A DNA stretch of 64,000 nucleotides, taken from contig JAFXHH010000010.1 in assembly GCA_017536475.1 (NCBI GenBank), positions 3,365 to 67,364 on the forward strand, in the 5' to 3' direction. How positions within the stretch are numbered: the stretch's first letter is position 1; each line of letters begins with the position of its first letter. The translations under genes were made by a program, and so were the position numbers. The DNA comes from Clostridia bacterium. GTDB lineage: Bacteria; Bacillota; Clostridia; Oscillospirales; CAG-272. Positions 21,269 to 29,781 of the stretch are shown here, piece by piece. The notes under the pieces were generated by a model. That model saw nothing but the letters and a program-made list of their open reading frames with translations. It was not told where the DNA came from and ran no database searches.

Positions 21269-23287
21269 TTATGCCCCGAAAAGAGCAAAAAGGCCATTTG
21301 TCACCATACAGACAACAATACCGCAGATCGTTGGAATTATCACCGCCGCCAGAGTCCAAAGCCAGCTTCCCGACTCCTTTTTTATCGTCAAAAGCGTGGT
21401 CGCGCACGGCCAATGGAAAAGCGAGAAAAGCATTGTGCACAAAGCGGTTTTGATCGTCCAACCGTTGTCGACAAACAGCGTTTTGAGCTCAAAAAGCGAG
21501 CTGTAATCGGTGAGCATATTTGCCGACGTGTACGCCATAATAATTATCGGAATAACTATCTCGTTTGCGGGCAAAGCGAGAATAAACGCCAATAATATCA
21601 CCCCGTCAAGCCCCAAAAGAGATGCAAACGGATCAAGAAGATCCGAGCAAACAGCCAATAGACTTGACTCTCCAAAATAGAGATTTCCCATAAGCCAGAT
21701 AAGGATTCCCGCAGGCAGCGCCGAGATTACAGCCCTGCCCAAAACGAAGATCGTGCGGTCGAAGACCGAGCGTATCAGGGTCTTGCAGATCTGCGGTCTT
21801 CTGTATGGCGGCAGTTCAAGAGTGAATGCCGAGGGTAAGCCTCGCAAGAGCGTAATTGAGAGGATTTTTGATGCTAAAAATGTCATTCCCGCGGCTAGAA
21901 TTATCAGCGCGGTCAAGAGTAAAGCAGATACGAGTGACGACGAAAATCCTACGGCGCCGCCAACGAAAAATATCGACAAAAGCGTTACAAGTAAAGGGAA
22001 TCTTCCGTTGCAGGGAACCAAAGAATTAGTCAGCATGGCGATCATTCTCTCTCTGGGCGAGTCTATGATGCGGCAACCGACGACCCCTGTCGCGTTGCAT
22101 CCAAAGCCCATACACATCGTCAGCGCTTGCTTGCCGCAGCTGTTACATTTTTTGAATGGTTTATCGAGATTGAACGCGACTCGCGGCAGGTATCCCGAGT
22201 CTTCAAGCAGAGTAAATAAAGGGAAAAATATCGCCATCGGCGGCAGCATAACTGACACTATCCAGGCAAGCGTGCGGTATGCTCCGTCTATCAGGACTCC
22301 ATATAGCCAATTTGGACAGTTAATGTAAACAAGCAGCTCGCCGAGTCGGTCGCCAAGCCAGAATAATGCGGTTGAAAGCCACTGCGAAGGGTAGTTTGCA
22401 CCCACGATCGTTATCCAGAATATGACCGCAAGCAGAGCAAGCATGATCGGATATGCGGTCTTTTTGCCCGTGAATAAGCGGTCAAGAAGGCGATCGCGAT
22501 CTTGATCCTCGCTCTTTTTCCGACGGCAGACCTCGTGATAGATTTTTTCAGCGGTGAGAACCGTTTCCTCCGATTCACCTTCGAAGTTTTTTTCTTTTTC
22601 GGACGAATCGCTCTCCGTCGTTTTGTCAAATTCAGACTGCTCTTGCAGAGGAGCTACGTCTGATTTTTCTTTATCTGACAAGTGGTGTTTTGAGTTATCA
22701 TCTGTCGGTGATGTGTCCAAGAGCTTTTTGTTGATTGATAAAAGTGCTCCAAGCGCTTGCAAGAGATCTCGAAGCCCGTCTTTTTTTCGTGCTATCGCGC
22801 CCACTGCCTGCACGCCGAGCCGTTGCCCCAACAGCTCGAGATCTATCTCTATTCCTTTTCGTTTTGCCTCGTCGAGCAGATTGACGCAGATGACGGTCGG
22901 TCGCCTCAAAGCAAGTATCTGAAGCGCTAAGATCAGGTTTCTTTCAAGGCAAGTAGCGTCGCAGACCACCACTATGGCATCTATATCGGGGGAGCACAAG
23001 ACCTCTTTTGCTATCTCCTCCTCGGCAGATCTTGTCGCAAGCGAATATGTACCAGGGACGTCGACTGCAACGCAGGTCTTGCCGTCAAGATCAAAGCAAC
23101 CCTCTGCCAGTGCGACGGTCTTGCCCGTCCAGTTTCCCGTGTGCTGATTCATTCCCGTCAGAGCGTTGAAGACCGTGCTTTTTCCAACGTTCGGGTTGCC
23201 TGCTATCGCTACCTTGATCTCAGGAGCGCATTTGCCGTTCTTCTGTCGGTTCAGGTCTGCTCCCGTGCTCTTTCTCGTCAGTCCCAT
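21269..23287 (-). CDS. feoB: ferrous iron transporter FeoB
   Basis: 672 aa. It has an N-terminal G domain (GNPNVGKST, DVPGTYS, NLLD) and a polytopic C-terminal permease. An acidic low-complexity insert lies between them. Confidence 0.93.
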   Translation of the reverse strand: MGLTRKSTGADLNRQKNGKCAPEIKVAIAGNPNVGKSTVFNALTGMNQHTGNWTGKTVALAEGCFDLDGKTCVAVDVPGTYSLATRSAEEEIAKEVLCSPDIDAIVVVCDATCLERNLILALQILALRRPTVICVNLLDEAKRKGIEIDLELLGQRLGVQAVGAIARKKDGLRDLLQALGALLSINKKLLDTSPTDDNSKHHLSDKEKSDVAPLQEQSEFDKTTESDSSEKEKNFEGESEETVLTAEKIYHEVCRRKKSEDQDRDRLLDRLFTGKKTAYPIMLALLAVIFWITIVGANYPSQWLSTALFWLGDRLGELLVYINCPNWLYGVLIDGAYRTLAWIVSVMLPPMAIFFPLFTLLEDSGYLPRVAFNLDKPFKKCNSCGKQALTMCMGFGCNATGVVGCRIIDSPRERMIAMLTNSLVPCNGRFPLLVTLLSIFFVGGAVGFSSSLVSALLLTALIILAAGMTFLASKILSITLLRGLPSAFTLELPPYRRPQICKTLIRSVFDRTIFVLGRAVISALPAGILIWLMGNLYFGESSLLAVCSDLLDPFASLLGLDGVILLAFILALPANEIVIPIIIMAYTSANMLTDYSSLFELKTLFVDNGWTIKTALCTMLFSLFHWPCATTLLTIKKESGSWLWTLAAVIIPTICGIVVCMVTNGLFALFGA

Positions 23288-23540
23288 CGCATTCCACCTC
23301 CTTTTCGACCAAAACAGATCTGCAATCCTCGTTCCGTATTGCGATCACGGCTCCGCGTATCAGGTATGCCTTCATGTCGTTGCCTCGGCTTCGGTGCAGA
23401 CATTTGATCTTCGTTCCTCGTATAAGTCCGATATCTAAAAATCGCTGTTTGATATCTCCGCAGGGCAAGATCTCGACTATTCTTGCCGACTCGCCTGCGG
23501 AAATGTCGCACAGTTTATAGGTTTTATTCATAAAATTCAT
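23220..23540 (-). CDS. feoA: FeoA family protein
   Basis: 106 aa with an SH3-like FeoA core (LCDISAGESARIVEI...LDIGLIRGTKIKCL). The C-terminal tail overlaps the feoB start by 68 nt. Confidence 0.85.
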   Translation of the reverse strand: MNFMNKTYKLCDISAGESARIVEILPCGDIKQRFLDIGLIRGTKIKCLHRSRGNDMKAYLIRGAVIAIRNEDCRSVLVEKEVECDGTDEKEHGSRPEPTEERQMRS

Positions 23541-23699
23541 CTCCGGATCGTATATTGGGAGTTTCCCATTATCAGTATAGCTGTCACGGGGCGAAAGGTT
23601 ACGTATTTTGTCGATAGGTTGCAGATTCTTTCTTTAAAGACATTGACAAAACAGCGATAATGGTATAAAATTATGTTGTTTAATTGAATTGCGAGGTAT

Positions 23700-24377
23700 A
23701 TGATGAATTGTAATAAAGCAGTTATTTTTGATCTTGACGGAACGTTGCTCGACACCTTGGACGACCTGACGGATTGCGTTAACTATATGCTAAAAAAATA
23801 TGGATATCCGTCTAAAGATCGGCTTGAGATCCGCCGTTTTTTAGGAAACGGAGCGAGATATCTTATTGAGCGTTCGCTTGACGGAGCGCTTGACGGGGAA
23901 GCTTTTGAGCGATTTTTAGAGGAATACAAGGAATATTACGAAAAGAACTCGGGTATCAAGACCAAACCTTACGAAAATATCGTTGATTTGCTCGGTCGGT
24001 TGAGAGGACTTGGATTAAAGATAGCGGTGGTTTCCAACAAGCCTGACGGCGCGGCGCGCTATCTGTGCGATCTTCATTTTCCCAAGCTTGTGGACTTTGC
24101 GCTTGGTGATAGAGACGATATTCGTCGCAAGCCCTCGGCTGATCCCGTTTTGCTTGCTATGAAGGAGCTTGGTTGCGACGAGGCGATCTACGTTGGAGAT
24201 TCGGAGGTCGATATCAAGACCGCGAAGAACGCGAATATTCCGTGTGTCAGCGTTACGTGGGGATTTAGGGACAGAGATGAGCTTGCGGCAAGCGGGGCGA
24301 GTCATTTTGCCGATAATGCGGACGAGCTTGGGGCAATTTTGCTTGATTTGACTAACACGGGCGAAAGGATTGATTGA
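23700..24377 (+). CDS. HAD-IA family hydrolase (phosphoglycolate phosphatase-like)
   Basis: Contains DLDGTLLDT, VVSNK and YVGDSEVDIKTAKNA motifs. Confidence 0.85.
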   Translation: MMNCNKAVIFDLDGTLLDTLDDLTDCVNYMLKKYGYPSKDRLEIRRFLGNGARYLIERSLDGALDGEAFERFLEEYKEYYEKNSGIKTKPYENIVDLLGRLRGLGLKIAVVSNKPDGAARYLCDLHFPKLVDFALGDRDDIRRKPSADPVLLAMKELGCDEAIYVGDSEVDIKTAKNANIPCVSVTWGFRDRDELAASGASHFADNADELGAILLDLTNTGERID

Positions 24378-24378
24378 T

Positions 24379-25803
24379 ATGCTTCCTGAAAAGTTCAAGG
24401 AGAGAATGGAAAAGCTGCTCGGTCAGCAGAGCGAGGCTTTTTTTGGGGCGATAGAATCGGGTGAGGCGGTCAGAAGTTTCAGAGTTAACGCTATCAAATG
24501 TTCTGTCGATGATTTTGAGGCGGCGAACGTGCAAATAGACAGAAGAAAGGCGGCTTTTCCGTCCGACGCCTATTACACTGAAGAAAAACTCCCCGGAAGA
24601 CTTTCGTGTCACCATTCGGGAATGATATATATGCAGGATCCCTCTGCTATGGCGACCGTGCACGCGATCGAAATAAAAGAGGGCGCAAGGGTGCTTGACT
24701 CCTGCTCGGCACCCGGGGGCAAGACCACACAGCTTGCCGCTGCCGTTGGAAACCGCGGAGTTGTGGTCGCCAACGAATACGAAGCAAAACGATGCCGCAT
24801 ATTGCAGAGCAACGTTGAGAGAATTGGCTGTGTGAACACGGTCATCGTTAATCTCGACACTGCGGTGCTTGCCGAAACTTATCCTGCCGAGTTTGATGTT
24901 GTCTTATGCGATGCGCCCTGCTCGGGAGAGGGCATGTTCCGCAAAAATTCACTCGCTATTGACGAGTGGAGTGAGGAGAACGTTAATATGTGCGCGGAAA
25001 GGCAGAGGGAGATACTTACGAACGTTGAAAAATGTGTTTCGCAGAACGGATATCTGATCTATTCGACCTGCACCTTTTCGCTTGAGGAAAACGAGAAGAA
25101 CGTGGAGTGGTTTCTCGACAAATATCCCGATTTTGAGCTTTATGAGGTCGCGGAGGGATTGAAAAATGTCACGTCTGACGGCATCTGCTTTGACGGTTGC
25201 CGATACGATATGACGAAGACTCGGAGATTTTATCCTCACGTTTCTGCGGGCGAGGGGCAATTTATCGCGGTCATGCGGAGACATGGTGATAATTTGTGCA
25301 AGAATGATCCGCCCGCGAAGGCCAAGGGCAAAAAGGGCAGTGCACAGAGATCTGACAAGCAGGAGCTCGAAGCGATAGCTGCCGCTAAAAGCTTCATTGA
25401 TGAAAATCTGCTTGCCGATAGCATTGACGAAGAATTTTACGAGCTTGCATACCTGAACGGGAACGTATACATAAAGCCGAAGATAGCTCTGCCGAAATAT
25501 TCGGTATTTGCGGCGGGAGTTTGCGTTGGAGAGCTTGTGGGGAAAAGACTTGTGCCCCATCATCAGCTCTTCTCGGCATACGGTGCTTGCTTTAAACGCA
25601 AGATCTTGCTCGGCGGCGATTCGGTGCAGGCGGCGCAATATTTACGCGGACTTGAGATCGCGGTCGAGCGCTTTGAGAGCTTTGAAGATAAGGCGGACGG
25701 TTGGGCTGCGGTGCTGATAGACGGTTGCGCGGTCGGCGGTGGAAAAGTTAGCAATGGAGTTTGCAAAAATCACTATCCCAAGGGGCTGAGGAATCAGCAG
25801 TGA
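24379..25803 (+). CDS. RsmB/RsmF (NOL1/NOP2/Sun) family rRNA cytosine-C5 methyltransferase
   Basis: Contains DSCSAPGGKT, DAPCSGEGMFRK and YSTCTF motifs. The ATG at 24379 lies just after the upstream stop. The track ORF starts at a TTG at 24370. Confidence 0.88.
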   Translation: MLPEKFKERMEKLLGQQSEAFFGAIESGEAVRSFRVNAIKCSVDDFEAANVQIDRRKAAFPSDAYYTEEKLPGRLSCHHSGMIYMQDPSAMATVHAIEIKEGARVLDSCSAPGGKTTQLAAAVGNRGVVVANEYEAKRCRILQSNVERIGCVNTVIVNLDTAVLAETYPAEFDVVLCDAPCSGEGMFRKNSLAIDEWSEENVNMCAERQREILTNVEKCVSQNGYLIYSTCTFSLEENEKNVEWFLDKYPDFELYEVAEGLKNVTSDGICFDGCRYDMTKTRRFYPHVSAGEGQFIAVMRRHGDNLCKNDPPAKAKGKKGSAQRSDKQELEAIAAAKSFIDENLLADSIDEEFYELAYLNGNVYIKPKIALPKYSVFAAGVCVGELVGKRLVPHHQLFSAYGACFKRKILLGGDSVQAAQYLRGLEIAVERFESFEDKADGWAAVLIDGCAVGGGKVSNGVCKNHYPKGLRNQQ

Positions 25804-25813
25804 ATATATAAAA

Positions 25814-25849
25814 ACGGATCGGTCCAGCATAACCGATCCGTGATTTTTT
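25814..25849 (+). terminator. intrinsic terminator
   Basis: Stem ACGGATCGG...CCGATCCGT followed by GATTTTTT. Confidence 0.7.
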
Positions 25850-25886
25850 GGCAACGAAATTTTGAGTTGATGTAGGTTGACTTTGA

Positions 25887-26558
25887 TCATTTTACGTTCG
25901 AATAGGGGCGCACGTAGCCCGAGACCGAGGACAAAGGGTAGATCAGAGCGTTTGAGTCTATCACGCTGCCCGGGTTGACGACACACGATGCGCCCACCCT
26001 TGCTCCGTCGCAGATTACAGCTCCGAGATGCGATCTCCCCGAAAAATACGTGCCGTCGGGCATGTTTATCGAAACGTTAAGTGCATCGAGCCTTGTATCC
26101 GATACCATTGTTCCTTCTCCGAGTATGGCTTCATAGCCTAACACCGAGTACGACAGAGAATTGTGCCCGCAGAGGCGCGAGCGATCAAAGGTTACGCTGT
26201 TTTTTACGGTCGACATCTCGCCAACCGTGCAAAACGAGCCGATTATTGAATGCTCGACGACAGTATGGTTGCATATTCTTGCGCCGCCGCAGATTATTGC
26301 GGGTGCTTCTATTTTTGCCGTCGGGGCAAGATATGCCGACACGTGCACCCAGACGTTCTCGGCAATCTCATCGTATTGATCGTAGGGAAGCTTGGAACCG
26401 TGTTCGCTTATATACGAGGATATATTGAAGATCGCTTCCCACGGGCGAGAGCGATCGCCAAACGCCTCCTTAGCGATAGTTCTCGAAAGGCTTAGCATAG
26501 GATGTACGTTGGATTTGTGGGAAGCACGGTCGGTTGCGGATTTTACGGTACGGCTCAT
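25887..26558 (-). CDS. left-handed beta-helix (hexapeptide-repeat) protein, GlmU C-terminal-like
   Basis: Repeated [LIV]-G-x-x-x-x hexapeptide pattern in the C-terminal two thirds. Start taken at MSRTVKS with GAGG upstream. The ORF is open from 26654. Confidence 0.55.
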   Translation of the reverse strand: MSRTVKSATDRASHKSNVHPMLSLSRTIAKEAFGDRSRPWEAIFNISSYISEHGSKLPYDQYDEIAENVWVHVSAYLAPTAKIEAPAIICGGARICNHTVVEHSIIGSFCTVGEMSTVKNSVTFDRSRLCGHNSLSYSVLGYEAILGEGTMVSDTRLDALNVSINMPDGTYFSGRSHLGAVICDGARVGASCVVNPGSVIDSNALIYPLSSVSGYVRPYSNVK

Positions 26559-26679
26559 GATAATACCTCTTTGAATATCTTTATTTCGTTTGCGTGAAGC
26601 TTTCAGATAAGATTGTTTGACGAGATATAGGGAGGATAATCGTTTGATCAACATTTTTTATCGGCGAAATGATTTCTCC

Positions 26680-26708
26680 TTGACAAATGAGAGCTGATAT
26701 GATATAAT
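26680..26708 (+). promoter_or_regulatory. consensus sigma-A promoter (TTGACA-17-TATAAT)
   Basis: TTGACA at 26680-26685, a 17-nt spacer, TATAAT at 26703-26708. Confidence 0.7.
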
Positions 26709-26764
26709 CTACATTAGAATATGCTGATCGGACCGTGGCCCGACAGTTTTTTTGGAGGATATTT

Positions 26765-26983
26765 ATGAAAAAGATCAAAATTGTTGCTGTGTTCCTTGCT
26801 ATACTTGTAGCGCTTTCTGTAGCCATTTGTGCTTGCGGAAATAACGGATCGGGCAAAGACAACGAGACGACGGCGGGCGGCAACGCCAACAACGGTACTA
26901 CAGAGGGACCCGAAGAGACAACTCTTGGCGGCTACGTTGAGTCGGAAGTTATAACTATGGTAGAGATCACTATAGAAGAATAA
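26765..26983 (+). CDS. small G/N/T/E-rich lipoprotein (72 aa)
   Basis: GGAGG RBS. Starts MKKIKIVAVFLAILVALSVAICAC, a signal peptide plus lipobox-like Cys. Confidence 0.65.
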   Translation: MKKIKIVAVFLAILVALSVAICACGNNGSGKDNETTAGGNANNGTTEGPEETTLGGYVESEVITMVEITIEE

Positions 26984-27014
26984 TAATTCATACGGTGCAA
27001 TTAGGTAAACGAAA

Positions 27015-27686
27015 ATGAAGAGATTTTTGGCTTGTTTTGTCGTTGTCGCGTTGGTCTTGATGACCTCGTGCACGGTGAATCTGACAGTTGACAACGAAGA
27101 AAGCACTGCTGCGACAGACGAGACCACCGAACCCATTGAAAATGAAGTGAGCTCGGAGGAAAGCGGGTCGTTGGAGGAATCGAACAGCTCTGAAGAGAGT
27201 AGCTCTGAAGATAACAACTCTGAAGAAAGCGATTCCGAAGAAAGCAGCCCTCAAGAAAGTAGCGCTGAAGGAAGCGGTTCAGAGGGCGACAACTCAGAGG
27301 AAAGCAGCTCTTGTGAGGAGTCAAGCAGTTCTGCAAACGGCGGCTCAACCGGTGGCAACGAGGGAGATAACTCGGGCAATAGCGGCTCGACCGGCGGCAA
27401 CGAGGGAGATAACTCGGGCAATAGCGGCTCAGCCGGCGGCAACGAGGGAGACAACTCGGGCAACAGCGGCTCGACCGGCGGCAGCGAGGGAGACAACTCG
27501 GGCAATAGCGGCTCGACCGGTGGGAACGTAGGAAACAACTCCGGCAACAGTGGCTCGTCCGGTGGGAACGGAGGAAACAACTCCGGCAACGGCAGCTCGA
27601 CCGGTGGGAACGGAGGAAACAACTCCGGCAACAGTGGCTCGTCCGGTGGGAACGATTGGGGTCTTGGTGCCATTCCTATAGGTTAA
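27015..27686 (+). CDS. acidic Ser/Glu/Gly/Asn-rich repeat lipoprotein
   Basis: Starts MKRFLACFVVVALVLMTSC (lipobox). This is followed by SEES/EESS-type acidic serine clusters and then seven 14-aa tandem repeats. Confidence 0.75.
   Translation: MKRFLACFVVVALVLMTSCTVNLTVDNEESTAATDETTEPIENEVSSEESGSLEESNSSEESSSEDNNSEESDSEESSPQESSAEGSGSEGDNSEESSSCEESSSSANGGSTGGNEGDNSGNSGSTGGNEGDNSGNSGSAGGNEGDNSGNSGSTGGSEGDNSGNSGSTGGNVGNNSGNSGSSGGNGGNNSGNGSSTGGNGGNNSGNSGSSGGNDWGLGAIPIG
27342..27653 (+). repeat. 42-bp in-frame tandem repeat (7 copies plus a partial copy)
   Basis: Unit ggctcgaccggcggcaacgagggagataactcgggcaatagc. Copies 1-4 encode GSTGGNEGDNSGNS-type units and copies 5-7 encode GSSGGNGGNNSGNS-type units. 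Confidence 0.95.
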
Positions 27687-27736
27687 TTTTATGAGTAAAG
27701 AGCCGCCTTGGGCGGCTCTTTGTTGAAAGGTAAGAT

Positions 27737-28444
27737 ATGGAAGCTTTTTACATCAAGTTGGCAGAGCTGAATGTGAAGATGGAAAGCAAATATGATCATA
27801 CGCGCAGGTATTGCTCGGAGTATATCGTTGAGGCGGCTGACTGTGAGATCGTTGCAACAACGTCCGACGACGAGATCGACGCGGAGCTGCGATTGTATGA
27901 GGATCCGCATAGCAGAGAATATTGCGAGGGAATTTGCTTATACCGTTCTATAGCCGAGCAGCTTCCCTTGTTCGATCGGTTCGTCTTTCATGGGGCTGCC
28001 GTTTCGGCTAACGGAAAGGGGTATATTTTTACTGCGCCTTCGGGAACGGGAAAAACGACGCACATAAGCCTTTGGATGAAGCTTTTTGGTGACAAGGTCT
28101 CGGTGATCAACGGCGACAAGCCTATTGTTAGAATAACCGAATCGGGAGCGACGGTATATTCGTCTCCGTGGGCAGGAAAAGAGGGCTGGAGCACGAATTC
28201 CTTTGCCGATATCGGTGGAATATGTCTGATACGTCGCGGCGAACGAAACAGAATAAAGAGAATTTCTCCGTCGGAATATTTCGACGAGCTGATGCATCAG
28301 GTCTATATTCCGAAAAACAGCGAGGCGATGCTCAAAACGCTTGAACTTATGGATGCTCTTGCGAAAATAGTGCCGTTTTATCTTCTTGAATGTGATATTT
28401 CAGAGGATGCAGCGCGCACGTCGTTTGAGGCGATGGTTAAATAA
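27737..28444 (+). CDS. HprK-like P-loop kinase (HPr kinase C-terminal-domain-related)
   Basis: 235 aa. The motif HGAAVSANGKGYIFTAPSGTGKTTH resembles the HprK-related kinases found next to PqqD-type proteins and lasso-peptide clusters. No signal peptide. Confidence 0.6.
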   Translation: MEAFYIKLAELNVKMESKYDHTRRYCSEYIVEAADCEIVATTSDDEIDAELRLYEDPHSREYCEGICLYRSIAEQLPLFDRFVFHGAAVSANGKGYIFTAPSGTGKTTHISLWMKLFGDKVSVINGDKPIVRITESGATVYSSPWAGKEGWSTNSFADIGGICLIRRGERNRIKRISPSEYFDELMHQVYIPKNSEAMLKTLELMDALAKIVPFYLLECDISEDAARTSFEAMVK

Positions 28445-28488
28445 TTAAAAGGACTTACTCACAGCCGTGATTAAGTCCTTTTTGATAT

Positions 28489-29496
28489 TTAAAGCAAGGG
28501 AACGTTATGCTCTTCGCATACGCGTACCGTTTCGGCATCCCAGATGCTTGACTGAACCTCTCCGATATGGGCGCAGCCCATCATAAGCATACAGAGTCGC
28601 GACTGACCGATACCTCCTCCGATAGTCAGAGGAAGCTCGTCGTTAAGAAGCATTTTGTGGAAGGGAAGATTTCTTCTTTCGTCACAGCTTGCAAGCGTGA
28701 GCTGGCGGTCGAGAGACTCGCTGTCAACTCTTATTCCCATTGAGGAAATTTCAAGCGAACGATCAAGGATCTCGTCCCAGAAGAACAGGTCGCCGTTGAG
28801 CTGCCAATCGTCATAGTCGGGCGCTCTGCCGTCGTGCGCTTTGCCCGAACGGAGCTTGCCGCCGATCTGCATAATAAAGGCGGTCTTATGCTCGCGCAGA
28901 TATGCGTGCTCGCGGTCGGATGGGGTGAGATCGGGATACATATCCTCGAGCTCCTGAGTCGTGATAAACGAGACCTCGGGACAAAGATCGGTGCGGAGCT
29001 GAGGGTAGCGTACGTGGAGTCTGTCGTTCGTGTTACAGATAGCGCGGACTATTGCGCGGACTATCAGCTTGAGATAATCAAGATTGCGGTTCTCACGGGT
29101 GATTATCTTTTCCCAGTCCCACTGGTCGACGTATATAGAATGTATGTTGTCAAGATCTTCGTCGCGGCGGATCGCGTTCATATCGGTATAGAGGCCGTTT
29201 CCAACGCTAAAGCCGTATCTTTTGAGTGCGAGCCTTTTCCATTTCGCGAGGGAATGGACGACCTGTGCCTCGGCATCTATTGCAGGCACGTCGAAGGAGA
29301 CAGGGCGCTCGTAGCCGTTTAAGTTGTCGTTAAGTCCCGACGCTTCGGTGACGAAAAGGGGCGCGGAGACTCTTTTGAGGTTCAGTACCGAAGAAAATTC
29401 TTCCTGAAACGTATTTTTGATAAATGCGATGGCGCGCTGTGTGTCGTACGCGTCAAGAACGGGCTTGTAGCCCTCGGGTATGTAGCTTTTTTTCAT
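28489..29496 (-). CDS. asnA: aspartate--ammonia ligase (asparagine synthetase A)
   Basis: 335 aa with a class-II aaRS-like AsnA pattern ([10 protein letters not shown]...) and the typical N-terminus [18 protein letters not shown]. Confidence 0.9.
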   Translation of the reverse strand: MKKSYIPEGYKPVLDAYDTQRAIAFIKNTFQEEFSSVLNLKRVSAPLFVTEASGLNDNLNGYERPVSFDVPAIDAEAQVVHSLAKWKRLALKRYGFSVGNGLYTDMNAIRRDEDLDNIHSIYVDQWDWEKIITRENRNLDYLKLIVRAIVRAICNTNDRLHVRYPQLRTDLCPEVSFITTQELEDMYPDLTPSDREHAYLREHKTAFIMQIGGKLRSGKAHDGRAPDYDDWQLNGDLFFWDEILDRSLEISSMGIRVDSESLDRQLTLASCDERRNLPFHKMLLNDELPLTIGGGIGQSRLCMLMMGCAHIGEVQSSIWDAETVRVCEEHNVPLL

Positions 29497-29558
29497 TGTT
29501 GGCTCCGTTTTTTTCGCGAGCTTTTATTGCGGGCGAGGTTTTTGAAAATATATGAATC

Positions 29559-29587
29559 ATTATAGCACAAACATTTTTCTCCGTCAA
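29559..29587 (-). promoter_or_regulatory. asnA promoter (TTGACG-17-TATAAT, TGn-extended) on the minus strand
   Basis: The minus strand reads TTGACGgagaaaaatgtttgtgcTATAAT. Confidence 0.65.
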
Positions 29588-29700
29588 TACGTTTGGAGTA
29601 TTTTTGTTGTACATGTTGATGAAAAACAGTCAAAAGTGCGAAAAACGCCCTTTTTTGAGTCAAAAAGTGGGCAGATTAGGACTTTTTTATAATTTGGGGG

Positions 29701-29729
29701 TTGAAAAACGGTTTTGGGTGTGGTATAAT
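29701..29729 (+). promoter_or_regulatory. pepF promoter (TTGAAA-17-TATAAT)
   Basis: TTGAAA at 29701-29706, a 17-nt spacer, TATAAT at 29724-29729. Confidence 0.65.
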
Positions 29730-29781
29730 TCAAGAGTAAAATGAAATAATCGCGCTTGCGCGCAATACGGAGGACAAAGAT

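Noticed and set aside
27251-27673. A 140-aa antisense ORF with PLLPELFPPFPP repeats.
   Set aside because: It is the mirror image of the 42-bp repeat in the sense lipoprotein gene. The sense gene has the signal peptide, lipobox and promoter.
28489-29496. The asparagine synthetase gene between the HprK-like and PqqD-like genes, considered as a lasso-peptide cyclase.
   Set aside because: - It is AsnA-type (class II aaRS-like, ammonia-dependent). Lasso cyclases are AsnB-like.
- It is on the opposite strand with its own consensus promoter, so it is most simply housekeeping.
29552-29692. A 46-aa ORF (MNHYSTNIFLRQYVWSIFVVHVDEKQSKVRKTPFFESKSGQIRTFL) considered as a possible RiPP precursor near the PqqD-like gene.
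   Set aside because: - It has no RBS.
- It overlaps the asnA promoter (29559-29587) in the divergent promoter region.
- It lies upstream of the pepF promoter, so it would not be part of that transcript.
- It has no leader/core features.
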